A stretch of 64,000 nucleotides of DNA, taken from positions 64,001-128,000 of the forward strand of contig JANQNK010000006.1 of the NCBI GenBank assembly GCA_028279595.1. The letters are read 5' to 3'. Each line of letters opens with the position of its first letter. Within the stretch, counting starts at the first letter, position 1. The stretch is from Thermoplasmatota archaeon (lineage in GTDB: Archaea > Thermoplasmatota > JAKEGO01). The position numbers and the translations under genes were made by a program. Of this stretch, positions 19,399 through 30,800 are shown piece by piece. The notes beneath the pieces were generated by a model. It was not told the DNA's origin and did not search any database. It saw nothing but the letters and a program-made list of their open reading frames with translations.

Positions 19399-20298
19399 CT
19401 ACACCGGAGGACGTCCGGATACCGTTTCGTGGATGCACTGGGCCAGGGTCGTGACCTCCCTGACGTTCACGGGGCTCCTGTCCAGCGTGTTAAGCCATTC
19501 CAGAGGGATGCCCGAGCGTCCCCAGGCGGCTCCGGCCATCGCACCCGTGACGGCAGCGAACGTATCGGTGTCTCCACCCATGCTCACGGCGTTCACGACC
19601 GCTTCGTGGAAATCCTTCGAGTGTGAAAGGGACCTGTATGCTGCATGCACCGTACGAAGCGCCATGCATTTGCTCGTGATGTCCACGTCGTTCAGACCCC
19701 TGGCCATCGCGTCGGCGACCTTGGGGTCCATCGTGACCATGCGTGCCTGTGCGTGCTCGAGGGCATCGTCCAGGTCCTCCTGAAGTATGAATGCCACGGA
19801 GAGGGTTATACCGACTGCGGAATTGATGCAGACGGGCGAAGCATGGGTTATCCTGGAAACATCCGCGGCTGTCTGGAGCATCACATCCTCGCCTGCCTGG
19901 CCGAACAGACCTATCGGCGCCGTCCTCATGACGGACCCATTGCCTTCCGCCTCCCTGCCGAGCATCCTGAGCGTCCTCTTGCCGGAATCGTGCCAGGATA
20001 CGCCCTCCTTCAGCATCTGCAGGGCGATGTAGGTCGTCCTCCCGATCGTGGTCGGACCTGTCTCGAACCACGAGAGGAATTCCCTCGAGATGTCCTCCGG
20101 ATCTATCCGCTTCTTCCTGCAGAGGCTCCTGGCCACGGCCAGTGTCATCTCGGTGTCATCGGTGACTAGCGGTACAAGTGGGGTCTTGACCTCGCCGAAC
20201 CGTTCCCATATCTGATGGCTGGTCATTCCCTCGAACGGGGCTCCCATCATATCCCCTACGGCCGTTCCCAGAAGGGTACCGGAGAACTTGTCCAACAT
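19399..20298 (-). CDS. ADP-ribosylglycohydrolase (DraG/ARH family)
   Basis: AVGDMMGAPFEG, TDDTEM, GNGSVMR, THAS, GGDTDT. Confidence 0.92.
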   Translation of the reverse strand: MLDKFSGTLLGTAVGDMMGAPFEGMTSHQIWERFGEVKTPLVPLVTDDTEMTLAVARSLCRKKRIDPEDISREFLSWFETGPTTIGRTTYIALQMLKEGVSWHDSGKRTLRMLGREAEGNGSVMRTAPIGLFGQAGEDVMLQTAADVSRITHASPVCINSAVGITLSVAFILQEDLDDALEHAQARMVTMDPKVADAMARGLNDVDITSKCMALRTVHAAYRSLSHSKDFHEAVVNAVSMGGDTDTFAAVTGAMAGAAWGRSGIPLEWLNTLDRSPVNVREVTTLAQCIHETVSGRPPV

Positions 20299-20460
20299 CT
20301 AAGATCCCGTTCCATCGAACGTACTCATAGTAATTAGTATTTGCTGTGAGAACGGGTGGTTATCTGCCATTTTACAGAGGGGGCCAGTATGGTCGAAATC
20401 ACCCTGAGGAGGGGTGCTACCCCTCAATATGCGGAAACAGGTCGAAATCGAGGTGTAGAA

Positions 20461-20520
20461 CATGGTGAATTTGGGTTATCACCATGGTGTATCTGCTTAC
20501 CACCAAATTAGGTATATAAG
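20461..20520 (+). promoter_or_regulatory. Inverted repeat CATGGTGA-N10-TCACCATG followed by TATA box TATATAA
   Basis: Perfect 8-bp arms at 20461-20468 and 20479-20486; TATATAA at 20513-20519. Confidence 0.55.
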
Positions 20521-20561
20521 GGTATGAGCGAGATTTCATCTCAAGTGTGAGGAGAGGTAAA

Positions 20562-20660
20562 ATGTGGCGAGATAAGAAGTTCCGGGCGGAAAAATTCCGC
20601 ATGGGCCTCAAGCGCTACATGCTTGTCGAAGGCAAGCTGATACCGATCCTCAAGGAATGA
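20562..20660 (+). CDS. 32-aa basic micropeptide
   Basis: MWRDKKFRAEKFRMGLKRYMLVEGKLIPILKE; RBS GGAGAGGT; G/C-ending codons; downstream of TATA. Confidence 0.55.
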   Translation: MWRDKKFRAEKFRMGLKRYMLVEGKLIPILKE

Positions 20661-20677
20661 TGCGGGGGAATGAAAAC

Positions 20678-20812
20678 ATGGTGGATGACTTCATCGATGG
20701 GTTCGAGGCTGCTACGGACCTTATACTCAGACGTCTGGGAGACGAGAACACGGAGGATGCAAAGCGCTACCTCCAGACCATGCTCGTTACGATCCAGGCG
20801 AAGAGGAACTGA
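20678..20812 (+). CDS. 44-aa helical micropeptide
   Basis: MVDDFIDGFEAATDLILRRLGDENTEDAKRYLQTMLVTIQAKRN; GGGGG RBS-like; 17 nt after the preceding ORF. Confidence 0.55.
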   Translation: MVDDFIDGFEAATDLILRRLGDENTEDAKRYLQTMLVTIQAKRN

Positions 20813-20838
20813 TCACGCTGATCTATCACCTCCTCTGT

Positions 20839-20891
20839 GGTTATAATCGCCGCGGTCCCCTTTATGGCGATTATAACCCTTCTTTTTTTTT
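20839..20891 (+). terminator. Hairpin plus oligo-T terminator
   Basis: 13-bp perfect inverted repeat GGTTATAATCGCC/GGCGATTATAACC followed by a T9 run. Confidence 0.75.
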
Positions 20892-21081
20892 CTTGGGGGC
20901 TTTACTCCTTCAATCTTGATTTCATTCGATGCTTTCTCGCGTTCAGGACCACCATTACCTTCAATTTCTGTATACTAGAGACATTGATCGATAGTGAATC
21001 TCATCTTTTTCCCCCTCCGACGAGGACATATTGATAAGGGGTCCCAATATTAACCATCCAGAGGACGACGAGGGAAGCGCG

Positions 21082-22926
21082 ATGGACGAGGAGGACGAGG
21101 GCACGACGGTCGACAAGGCCACCGATGATACTGAGACACCCGGGCAAGGTCCTGGAGCGGTCCCGGAAGAGGAGGACCCCAGGCTCGCGGGGGAGACAAG
21201 GGTCGGTGACCTGTCTGCGAAGATGTTCTGGTCGCCGTCACCGGCGCGGTCGACCGCACTGATGCTCGTCCTTTCTATCATCCTTGGACTTCCACTGTTC
21301 TATCGGGGCGGGGTCCCCCTTTACAGACAGCCTCTTTTACCCGTGGCCATAGCTGGCATATTCGCCTCAGCGGTCCTGACTGCCTACATCACGCAGTGGT
21401 ACTCGTCTAGGGAGGGGATAATGTATCCCAGGCGGGCGTTCCTCCTCTCGTTCGTAGGCGTCGGAGTCGCCATACCAGGCGTCCTCTTCGGACGTGTCAT
21501 TCCCGGCGGAAGCGCCCTCGTCATGGTGGGCCTGGCAAGTCCTGTCTGGATCCGCCACGTTACGCTTGTCGGCACCTCCGCTCCAAGGCACGTCAGGAAC
21601 CTTCCAGTATCCTTACTGCAGACACTGCTAATGGCGTGCGCCACGGTACCGTTCATCGGGATCACACCGTTCGAGGTCCTGGTCCTCGCCAATGCCTCCA
21701 TCGCTTTCCTTGCCGGAGCATTCCTGTTCCTGGCAATCGTCTCGGGACCGATGAAGCGCGTATTCGGGATCACTCCCTACGAGCTCCTCGTCAGCGGACT
21801 GGAGCACTTCACGACCAGCGGCGGCCTGGAGGGCGAGTCGTTCTTCTACGACATCTCGGCAACTACTACTGTCTGGTACTCTTACATACGGATCAGGCGC
21901 GAGAGGAAGCCAGACACTCATCTGGTCACGACCACGCTCCATCCAGGCCCATTCGGGCTGTTCGGTGGGAGCGACCTCCCGACGAAGCTGAAGGCGGCGA
22001 CCGGGTGGCGCAACCTCATGGTCTTCCACGGTCCCTCTGGACATGACATGAACCCCCCCAGGTCGGAGGACGTCGAGCGTTTTGGCAACGAGATCCGCGA
22101 TGCTGCCAAAGGCCTGACTGTCGATGGAGGCGCGTCGGAGCCGCAGATATCCACGGCGGGGGACATCCGGTTACAATCGCAGTCGATCGGGGGAACTGCT
22201 GTGGTGTCCGCCACCAGGGCTCCCGAGCCCACCGACGACATCGACCCCGCGACAGGCCTATCTGTAATAGATACTGTAAAGAGGACCACGGGAAGGGAAC
22301 GTGGCTTCTTCATCGACGCTCACAACTCCCTCGAGCCCGGGGTCGGCAGCATATTCTACGGCGATCCCAGGGCCAACGCCATGCTGGAGACCGCGAAGGG
22401 GATCGCGCTAGGTCCAGACGGCGATTTCAAGGCCGGCTATTCGGAACGGTCATCTCTCGAGATCGGAGGCGACCTCGGGGACATGGGAGTCCAGGCCCTC
22501 GTCGTCGAGACTGGCAGCGTCCGAACCGCCTACGTCCTTCTGGACGGCAACAACATCGTCATCGGTATCAGGGACAAGCTGGTCTCCGCCGCTTCGGACC
22601 TCGTGGACCTGATCGAGGTCCATACGACCGACAACCATTCCGTCAACAGGACCATCGGAGGCTACAGGCCCGTCGGCCTGGAGACGCCAGTACCGGTCCT
22701 GAGGCGGGCTGTACGGAACGCCGTGAAGGCCGCGATCGCGGACCTTGCCGACGCGAAGGCGGGCGGTGTCGAAGGGACCATCGACGAATTCCCGGTCCTC
22801 GGACACGGGACCACCGCAAAACTGACCGCGATGGTGAACGCGACAGCTGGGACGACCCGATGGGCCTTCGTATCATCGATGTTCGTGGCCGTCGTGTGGA
22901 GCCTGATACCGATCATCGCCTGGTGA
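21082..22926 (+). CDS. DUF2070 family membrane protein
   Basis: N-terminal TMs, HPGPFG..GGSDLP, FHG..HD.N, FIDAHN, DGNN, TTDNH. Confidence 0.85.
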   Translation: MDEEDEGTTVDKATDDTETPGQGPGAVPEEEDPRLAGETRVGDLSAKMFWSPSPARSTALMLVLSIILGLPLFYRGGVPLYRQPLLPVAIAGIFASAVLTAYITQWYSSREGIMYPRRAFLLSFVGVGVAIPGVLFGRVIPGGSALVMVGLASPVWIRHVTLVGTSAPRHVRNLPVSLLQTLLMACATVPFIGITPFEVLVLANASIAFLAGAFLFLAIVSGPMKRVFGITPYELLVSGLEHFTTSGGLEGESFFYDISATTTVWYSYIRIRRERKPDTHLVTTTLHPGPFGLFGGSDLPTKLKAATGWRNLMVFHGPSGHDMNPPRSEDVERFGNEIRDAAKGLTVDGGASEPQISTAGDIRLQSQSIGGTAVVSATRAPEPTDDIDPATGLSVIDTVKRTTGRERGFFIDAHNSLEPGVGSIFYGDPRANAMLETAKGIALGPDGDFKAGYSERSSLEIGGDLGDMGVQALVVETGSVRTAYVLLDGNNIVIGIRDKLVSAASDLVDLIEVHTTDNHSVNRTIGGYRPVGLETPVPVLRRAVRNAVKAAIADLADAKAGGVEGTIDEFPVLGHGTTAKLTAMVNATAGTTRWAFVSSMFVAVVWSLIPIIAW

Positions 22927-23036
22927 ATGTGCATTTCGGTCCCTCGAACCGCTGACAATTCCAGATCCTGCCTGCCATCAGGTATTAAATATCCAGACCT
23001 GGATTCCTATAATGCAGGACCGAAGGAGGACGCAGA

Positions 23037-26000
23037 ATGAGGCCAATGATGATGCTGATAGTTTTCGCCATGTTGGTGGCTGTTGCCGGTATAGCGAATG
23101 GGGCGGACATTGTCGTCGACGACACGACCGGGGACTGGCAGGACTATGACTCGATCGCGGATGCGGTGAACGCTGCCTCGGACGGGGATGACATATACGT
23201 CTACGCAGGCTACTATTCGGAGAACGTAACGGTCAAGAAGGACGTTTCTATCATCGGGAACGGGACCTCGGTGACACAGGTATCGGGTACTGGACCGACC
23301 TTCTACGTAAGGGCCAACGGTACATCCCTTTCGGGTATGAAGATAACCAGTTCGACATGGGGACAGCCGGCGATCCACCTCAACTATGCATGGGACATCG
23401 TCGTCGAGGACATCAACATCACCTCGGCCCACCAGGGCGTGGACATCGACTATGGCGGCAACATCACCATCAAGGGCATATCGATCAACAGGACCGCTGC
23501 CAGGGGATTCGAGATATGGTACGCTGAAGGGGTCACGATAGAGGACGCCTATCTCTGGTGGACGAGCGGTTGGGGTTACTACATCCTCTACACCGACAGC
23601 ATTGACATAATCGATCCCTTCTGCAGGCTTAGCTCGGCCTACAGCATATACATGGGGACATGCGACTGGGTCAATATCACGTCTCCGACCTTTCAGAACT
23701 CCGGCGTCTACGTCAGGGGTATCAACGATATGACGATCACGGATGCGACGTTCTCTCTGACGGACACCTACTCGGCGAACGCCCTCGACATCGGCGGGAA
23801 CCGGATCCTGGTCGACAACGTGCAGATCACGGATTACTACAACGCGATCAACGTGGTCGGGGCGGACAACATCACGGTACAGAACAGCGTGATAACGGGA
23901 ACGTCATCGAACTCGCTGGATGTCTATGACGGCAATGGATATATGGTTAAGAACGTCACCATCGATGGTGGGTTCACGGGTATCGACTTCGACCACAGCG
24001 ATTACCCGCGAATAATGGATTGCACCATTACCAACTCGACGCACGGGCTGCGGGTCGCTTCCTGCTATCGGCCCCGGATCTGGAACAACACCATCCGCGA
24101 CTGCGAGTACAACTTCGGATACGACGGCATCTACGATGACCATTTCAGGCCCTACCTGCCAGGAAACAACTCGGTGGACGGTCGGACGATCAAATACTAT
24201 TACGGGATCGACAACCAGACATTCGTCGGGAAGGATGACGACATCGGCTACCTGATCGTTGCGTTCTGCGACAATCTGACATTCCAGCAGCTCGACCTGA
24301 ACCACAACAACGAGGGCATATGGATGTACAAGAGCAAGAACATATTCTTCGAGGATTATGACATCGTCCATGTCTTCTACAAGGGGGTCAGGTCGTTCTA
24401 TTGCGAGCGACTGTATTTCGACAATGGGTTCATCAGCGAGAGCAGTGACATGGGATTCCACTTCTCCAACACCGACGACATCGGGATAACCTCGTTGACT
24501 GCGAACGGCACCTACGAGCTCTTCATGACCTCCGCGGTGGACCGTCTGACAGTCAACTGGGTGAACATCACCAATACGACCAGGATGCACTGGTCAGTGG
24601 ACGAGGGCCGTCTGGAGAACGTCACCTGGTACAATCAGAGCTTCCTCTACAGCGCCTACACCAGCGGATGCATCTTCAATAACATCGACCTCGAGTATGG
24701 CATGTTCAGGGTCCATCAGACCTGGAACAACAGCTTCTACAACGTCACCGTCCAATCGATACCGACCACATATACTGGGTTCTGGGCAGAGAGCGGGTCG
24801 TACGATAACCTGTTCGAGAACTTCGACGTCGGGAACGGAGATTACTACGGTATGAGACTCGACGGCAACTGCAACTGGAACACGCTGAGGAACGTCACGG
24901 TTCACGACGTGAAGTACGCCCTCCAGTTCAACAACGCCGGAAAGAACACGCTGATAGATGTCAACCTGACCGGCGACTACGCGGTCTGTTTCGATCCCGA
25001 TCCATATACTCCATTGGACCGACCATGGATGCAATACGTGACCAATTCGACTGCGAACGGGCTGCCCATCCTCTGGATAGTCGACGAGGATGGCACCGAG
25101 TACTATGAAGATTACGGGTTCATCGGTGTCGCCAGGTCCAACGATGTCACCGTGTCTGGCTCGATCCTCACTCCGAACAGGTACGGTTTCGTGATGTGGA
25201 AGGGTACGAACTCGACCTTCGAAACCATCAATGCGACCGATCAGGAGCTCGCCGGATTCTATCTGATACACTCGTCCAACAACACATTCGGCCCCTTGAG
25301 GTCATATCCGGGAAGGACCCAGGACCGGGCTCTGTTCGCCAGGCTCTGCGACAACATGACCATCCACGACGCCGAGATCATGTGGTTCGATCAGCAGGGG
25401 ATCCTATTGGAGAGCTGCGACAACACCACCATAATGAACTCGACATTCCAGGACGATTACGACGGACACAGTGCCACTTCAGTTGCGATAAAGGTTGACC
25501 GGGGTAACTGGAACACGGTGGAGAACTGCAATATCTCCCATTGGGATGTGGGTGTCCATCTCTTCGGAGCGTACTCTTGGGAGGACCCGTCATTCAGGAA
25601 CCGCGTCAGCAACTGCTCGTTCTACGATATTCTGTCGACAAGTGACGCGACCGCGATATACCAGGAACGGGGAACCAATTACGAGATCATAGGGAACGTG
25701 ATCAACGTATCGTGTGTAGGCATCTACCTGTATCAAGTCGAGGACGTCAATGTGAGCCGTAACTGGATAAAATCGGTAAAGAGCTGGACGACCTACACCT
25801 ATGACTACGGGCTAAGGGTGTCAACGAGCTCCTCCGGGATCGTATACGACAACGCCTTCCAGAACACGAAGAACGTCCTGGACGATTCGGGACTGGTATG
25901 GAACGTGTCCAAGCAGGCGCTGGATTGGCCCAATTCGACGAACGTGGTCGGTGGCCCTTCGATAGGCGGCAATTATTATTCGGACTACGATGGCAGGGAT

Positions 26001-27626
26001 GTCGATTACGATGGGATCGGTGAATGGGAATACAATGTCACTGGCTCCGCTGGATCGGTCGATCATCTACCTCTGTCGAATGACGTCTATCCATGGATAC
26101 GGTCCTGTGACGAGAACGGAACGCTCAAGGACGAGTTCTACACCGGTGAGCACGTATGGATCAAGGGTCGGGCCGCCCATAATTATTCATGGGTCGTGTT
26201 CAGCATGCCGTACTATCATAGAGACTGGCCAACTGAATATTCCGCGATCTGGATCGCAGAAGTAGTGCGAGGCGATTTCCATGAAGAATCCGAAACGAAG
26301 ATCACCTCGGGCAAGTCCGATATCCTGCTCACGCTCTACGGCGAACCCAGACCTCACCAACCCGACGCCCAGGACAACGGCAGCGAGGTAGGAAAGGACT
26401 ATGGTGTCCTCTTCATCGACAGGACGAACACCACGACTGGCTCCGGTGTCGTTGAATCCTATCCTTCCAATGGTTCCATGATGCCGATGACCGCAACGAA
26501 TGCCACGGACTATCCTGATACCCCCAACGGCACGTTCGTCCATGGGACCTTCGAGATCGCGATCGACCTCCGGCGCCTTACCTGGAACGATACGGGCACC
26601 CAGGTCGTCCTCAAGCTACCGGACACCGCACCGACTGGATACACCCTATGGAAGTACGGTCCGACCCCGACGAACTCGAGCGACCATTGGTACGAGTATC
26701 CACTCGGGGACAACGACGGTGACCGATACGTGACCTTCGATCTGACCGATGGAGCCTTGGGCGATGACGACCTCACCGACGATAATAACATCACTGCGGT
26801 CTTCGGATTGGTGCTCTCGAACCTCACCCACTTGGACGATATGATGATATCGGGGAACTATACATTCGGCGATGGGACATACTATCTCAACGACACATTC
26901 GAGGACGGTATCTTCCACGTCACCGGCTCCGATTTCATCATCGACTGCAGCAACACGACCTTCATCGGTGACGGTACCGGGACCTGCTTCTACTTCGACA
27001 ATTGTACGAACGTCACACTCATCGGTGCCAGGATAGAGGATTACGACATCGGGCTCGAGATCATCAACTCCGATATAACCTGTCCCGACCTGGCGGTCTA
27101 CCCGGTCTCTTGGGGCGCCGTGCTCGATCCGTCGACGGCCGTCTTCATCAATTGCACCTTCGACGAGGGATTCAGCGTGGACGCCGGCAGCAAGGTCATC
27201 GTGATGAACTATCTCCATGTCCATGTGAAGGACGCCGGGGGCGATGACGTCGAGGGTGCCGACCTCCGTGTGACGGACAACAACGAGTCCGTCTACGCGA
27301 CAGAGTACTACGGCGGCCGGGACGGCAACGTCCTTACCACTGGCGACAACGACAATCAGACCGGTCCCGACGGTCACGTATGGTTCATTCCGGTGACCTA
27401 CTGCGTCTATGACGGGTCCGATTCTCCGACCTACAACGATACACATGTCTATGTCCGATGGAGGCTTTGGACCGACGACACGGACGTCAACATGTCGACG
27501 TCGAAATTGGTGACGTTCCAGGCGGACACATACATCCCGGAGTACCCGATGATGACCGCCCTTCTCATGCTCACCGTCGTGGCATTTGCACCGATGCTCC
27601 TCCGGAGGCGGAGACGGAAGGATTGA
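23037..27626 (+). CDS. Large secreted beta-helix (NosD-like) glycoprotein with choice-of-anchor-U-like domain and PEF-CTERM-like sorting signal
   Basis: Signal peptide; long beta-helix; WKYGPTP...HWY...LTDGALGDDD motif; C-terminal IPEYP-TM-RRRRRK; many N-x-S/T sequons. Confidence 0.85.
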   Translation: MRPMMMLIVFAMLVAVAGIANGADIVVDDTTGDWQDYDSIADAVNAASDGDDIYVYAGYYSENVTVKKDVSIIGNGTSVTQVSGTGPTFYVRANGTSLSGMKITSSTWGQPAIHLNYAWDIVVEDINITSAHQGVDIDYGGNITIKGISINRTAARGFEIWYAEGVTIEDAYLWWTSGWGYYILYTDSIDIIDPFCRLSSAYSIYMGTCDWVNITSPTFQNSGVYVRGINDMTITDATFSLTDTYSANALDIGGNRILVDNVQITDYYNAINVVGADNITVQNSVITGTSSNSLDVYDGNGYMVKNVTIDGGFTGIDFDHSDYPRIMDCTITNSTHGLRVASCYRPRIWNNTIRDCEYNFGYDGIYDDHFRPYLPGNNSVDGRTIKYYYGIDNQTFVGKDDDIGYLIVAFCDNLTFQQLDLNHNNEGIWMYKSKNIFFEDYDIVHVFYKGVRSFYCERLYFDNGFISESSDMGFHFSNTDDIGITSLTANGTYELFMTSAVDRLTVNWVNITNTTRMHWSVDEGRLENVTWYNQSFLYSAYTSGCIFNNIDLEYGMFRVHQTWNNSFYNVTVQSIPTTYTGFWAESGSYDNLFENFDVGNGDYYGMRLDGNCNWNTLRNVTVHDVKYALQFNNAGKNTLIDVNLTGDYAVCFDPDPYTPLDRPWMQYVTNSTANGLPILWIVDEDGTEYYEDYGFIGVARSNDVTVSGSILTPNRYGFVMWKGTNSTFETINATDQELAGFYLIHSSNNTFGPLRSYPGRTQDRALFARLCDNMTIHDAEIMWFDQQGILLESCDNTTIMNSTFQDDYDGHSATSVAIKVDRGNWNTVENCNISHWDVGVHLFGAYSWEDPSFRNRVSNCSFYDILSTSDATAIYQERGTNYEIIGNVINVSCVGIYLYQVEDVNVSRNWIKSVKSWTTYTYDYGLRVSTSSSGIVYDNAFQNTKNVLDDSGLVWNVSKQALDWPNSTNVVGGPSIGGNYYSDYDGRDVDYDGIGEWEYNVTGSAGSVDHLPLSNDVYPWIRSCDENGTLKDEFYTGEHVWIKGRAAHNYSWVVFSMPYYHRDWPTEYSAIWIAEVVRGDFHEESETKITSGKSDILLTLYGEPRPHQPDAQDNGSEVGKDYGVLFIDRTNTTTGSGVVESYPSNGSMMPMTATNATDYPDTPNGTFVHGTFEIAIDLRRLTWNDTGTQVVLKLPDTAPTGYTLWKYGPTPTNSSDHWYEYPLGDNDGDRYVTFDLTDGALGDDDLTDDNNITAVFGLVLSNLTHLDDMMISGNYTFGDGTYYLNDTFEDGIFHVTGSDFIIDCSNTTFIGDGTGTCFYFDNCTNVTLIGARIEDYDIGLEIINSDITCPDLAVYPVSWGAVLDPSTAVFINCTFDEGFSVDAGSKVIVMNYLHVHVKDAGGDDVEGADLRVTDNNESVYATEYYGGRDGNVLTTGDNDNQTGPDGHVWFIPVTYCVYDGSDSPTYNDTHVYVRWRLWTDDTDVNMSTSKLVTFQADTYIPEYPMMTALLMLTVVAFAPMLLRRRRRKD

Positions 27627-27673
27627 GGTCCAATTATCACCGATCTACGTAAGTTCGTCGGTCGTCGAACCCC

Positions 27674-27785
27674 TTCCGTGAAAAACCGCATCGGAAGAGA
27701 TGTCAAAAATAACGGAAGTTCCGTGAAAAAAACCCCCGGAAAATGCCCTATACATTATTACATGGCTACGACAACGTTTAAAAAC
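27674..27785 (+). promoter_or_regulatory. Twin TTCCG-N13-CGGAA sites and TATA box upstream of the giant gene
   Basis: Sites at 27674-27696 and 27719-27741; TTTAAAAA at ~27777-27784; RBS GAGGTGA at 27842-27848. Confidence 0.55.
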
Positions 27786-27856
27786 CCCATGTTCGTTACC
27801 TAAGGCATCGGGTCTAGCCACCCGAATGACAAACTAAGAGAGAGGTGACTACGGAT

Positions 27857-30800
27857 ATGCAAAGAATTGTGGTTGGAGCTAGCAGAATGCTTGCTCTTGT
27901 GATAGTTGGAGTAGCTGTATTGCTTGCGATCAGCATGGTCGCGACCGGGGCTAACTACGTCGTAGATGACGACAGTGGGACCTGGCGCGATTACGCCACG
28001 GTCGGTGAGGCGATCACGGCTGCTTCGGATGGAGATACGATCGATGTGTACGAAGGGACGTACAACGAGGACCTCGCGATCGCCGAGGAGCTGACGTTCA
28101 CCGGTAACGGCACCGGGACGATCATCAACGGCGACCACGACATAACCTCGGGCAGCGTCTACTTCTCGATGATCAACTTCACCAACACGTCCCCGACGGA
28201 CTACACCATCGTCGTGGATGCGTCCGGTGGGAACATCGACGTTCTCGAGTGGGAGGACTGTTACTTCGTACTCGGAGGATATGCCGGAATACACCTTGGT
28301 GGTGACACCGGTACCACGAACACGATCTCGAACGTCCTCATATCAAACACAGAGTTCTGGGGTCCGGCCAGCAAGGCCGCGAACCCGTTCAAGACTGGCG
28401 GCACATTCGCCACACCCGGCCTGGGTGTTGCGATCGACGACCTCGACTTCGTCGAGAACTCCGTCGTCCGCTGTTCGATACCCATCCTTCTGGAGGACAA
28501 CAACGTGAACGATGTCCTCATGGATGACAACACCTTCACTGGAACGGATGGTATCATCTACATCTACGGAGACAGCAGCCCGACCGGCGTGCTGTCGAAC
28601 TTCGTGTTCACCAACAACGAGATCGATGACACGAACTCGTACGGCGTGGCCGTTGGCTACCCGAACGGGACCTTCTCCGCTTCCAACCTCGGAACGGGGA
28701 ACATGGTCAACATGAACAACATCGACGTCGCTGGCGCCTACGGCATCGGCGGTCTCAGCAACTTCATGGGCGGAACACTTGACGGCTCGTCCAACTGGTG
28801 GGGCGCGACCGACGGCCCGAGCGGCTATGGCTCCGGCAGCGGTACCCCGATCACGGACGGCGTCATGTACAATCCGTATTACACCGAGATGGTCGGCAAT
28901 GTGACCAACACGCTCGTGATCGACTTCACCAAGTCACGAACTGTGAACGGATTCACAGGTACCATCGACTCGATATCGATCCCAACTGGCCAGACCGGTA
29001 CTATCATGAATTCGGACATCACCCTTGCCGGCGGCCTTGACATCGATGGGACGCTCATCATATCGGATTCGACGATAAGGGTCGGAGACACCATCTACGT
29101 GGATGGGATGTGGGTCTTCGAGGACAGCAAGAACACGCTGTACGCCCAGGACATCGTCATCAACGCGACGACCTACTGGAACAACTCGAACATCGTCATG
29201 GACTGTGTCAACGACGGCGATTATGCGATAAACGTCACCTCGACAGGATCGCTCTATGTGAACGACGACACGGTAATCACTGCAAACCTGACGAACCGCG
29301 AGTACAACTTCTGGGTATGGGACGGGGCGACCTTCGAGGTCCGAGACTCGACGATCAGCGAGGTCGGATATGTCGGAGGCGAGAACCCCTACAACCTATC
29401 CGTGTACATCGAGGCCGATGATGTGGTCCTCATCAACAACACCTTCGAGAACAACTGGTGGGGTCCGGTCTTCGCTTCGGGCGCCGACGACGGTGTGATA
29501 TATCACAACAGGCTCTTCGGCGAGCAGTTCGACGCTCTCGATTACGGTTCCAACAATGATTGGGACTACAACAACTGGTCGACCTACGCGGGATCCGACA
29601 GCGATGGGGATCATATCGGGGATTCAGCCTTTGCCATTGGTGGACTCTCTCTCTCCACCGATGACCATCCTCTGATGGATCCGATCCACTCGTGGATATG
29701 GGTGAACGGCAGCTTCGGTTCCGAGGGTCCAGTCTGGTACGACACGATCAACGAGGGTTACCGCGCTGTACTGCCCGGAATGGGCATCTACGTGTACAAC
29801 GGCACGTACGACGAACAGCTGACGATAACCAAGGACGGGATCACCCTTCAGGGCAGAAGCACCACAGACACGATAATCCAGCCGACCGCCGCGGTGGTCG
29901 CTGGAACGTATGACATCGAGATCGACGTCTCGAACGTCACCATCTTCGGCTTCCTGCTCGACTTCAACGGCGCGACCGATTCCCGCCAGGGGAACGCGAT
30001 CGTGGTCAGCGACTTCGGCGGACCCGTCGCGAGGAACGTCATGATCCGCGACAACGTGATCTACTCCGGCGACACAAGCCAGGCGATCCAGACCGGCAAG
30101 GATGCGGACATAGGCGGACTCGTCATCCGTGACAACATCATCTACTGCGACTGGGACAACCTCGGCGAGGGTGTCTACATCAACCCGTGGAACGGCACCG
30201 GCAACGTGACGATCTACATGAACGAGATCTACGGCTACCTGTTCTCCGGGATCAGCATCGAGGCCAGCAACGTCAACGCGGCCTTCAACACGATCGACAG
30301 CAACACGACCGCCGGGTTCTACGGCATCAGGGTGATCGACCTCTATGCGTCGCCCACGACCAAGACCGGCATAATCATCGACAACAACACGATCTCGAAC
30401 TGCGGGGACGGCATACGCCTCGGAACGACCACCGACGAGGACTCCGACATGACCGTCACCATCACCTCGAACGACATCCAGGACTGCGACGACGGTATCG
30501 ACGTCCGCTACGGCATCAACGCAAACTCCGTCGCGAACTGGAACTCGATATACAACAACAACAACTACAACGTGAACAGCATGGGCATAACCGTGCTGGA
30601 CGCGGACTTCAACTACTGGGGCGCCACGGACGAGCCGACGATCGCAGCGACGTTCTCGGACATGAACGATCTCGACTACAGCCCCTGGTACGATGCGACC
30701 TTCACGACCCTTTACTATGCTGATACCGCCGACCCGGTGACCACGCTCACCGTGGGGACGCCGAGCACGGGAGCCGGTCCGTACTATGTCACCGACGCGA

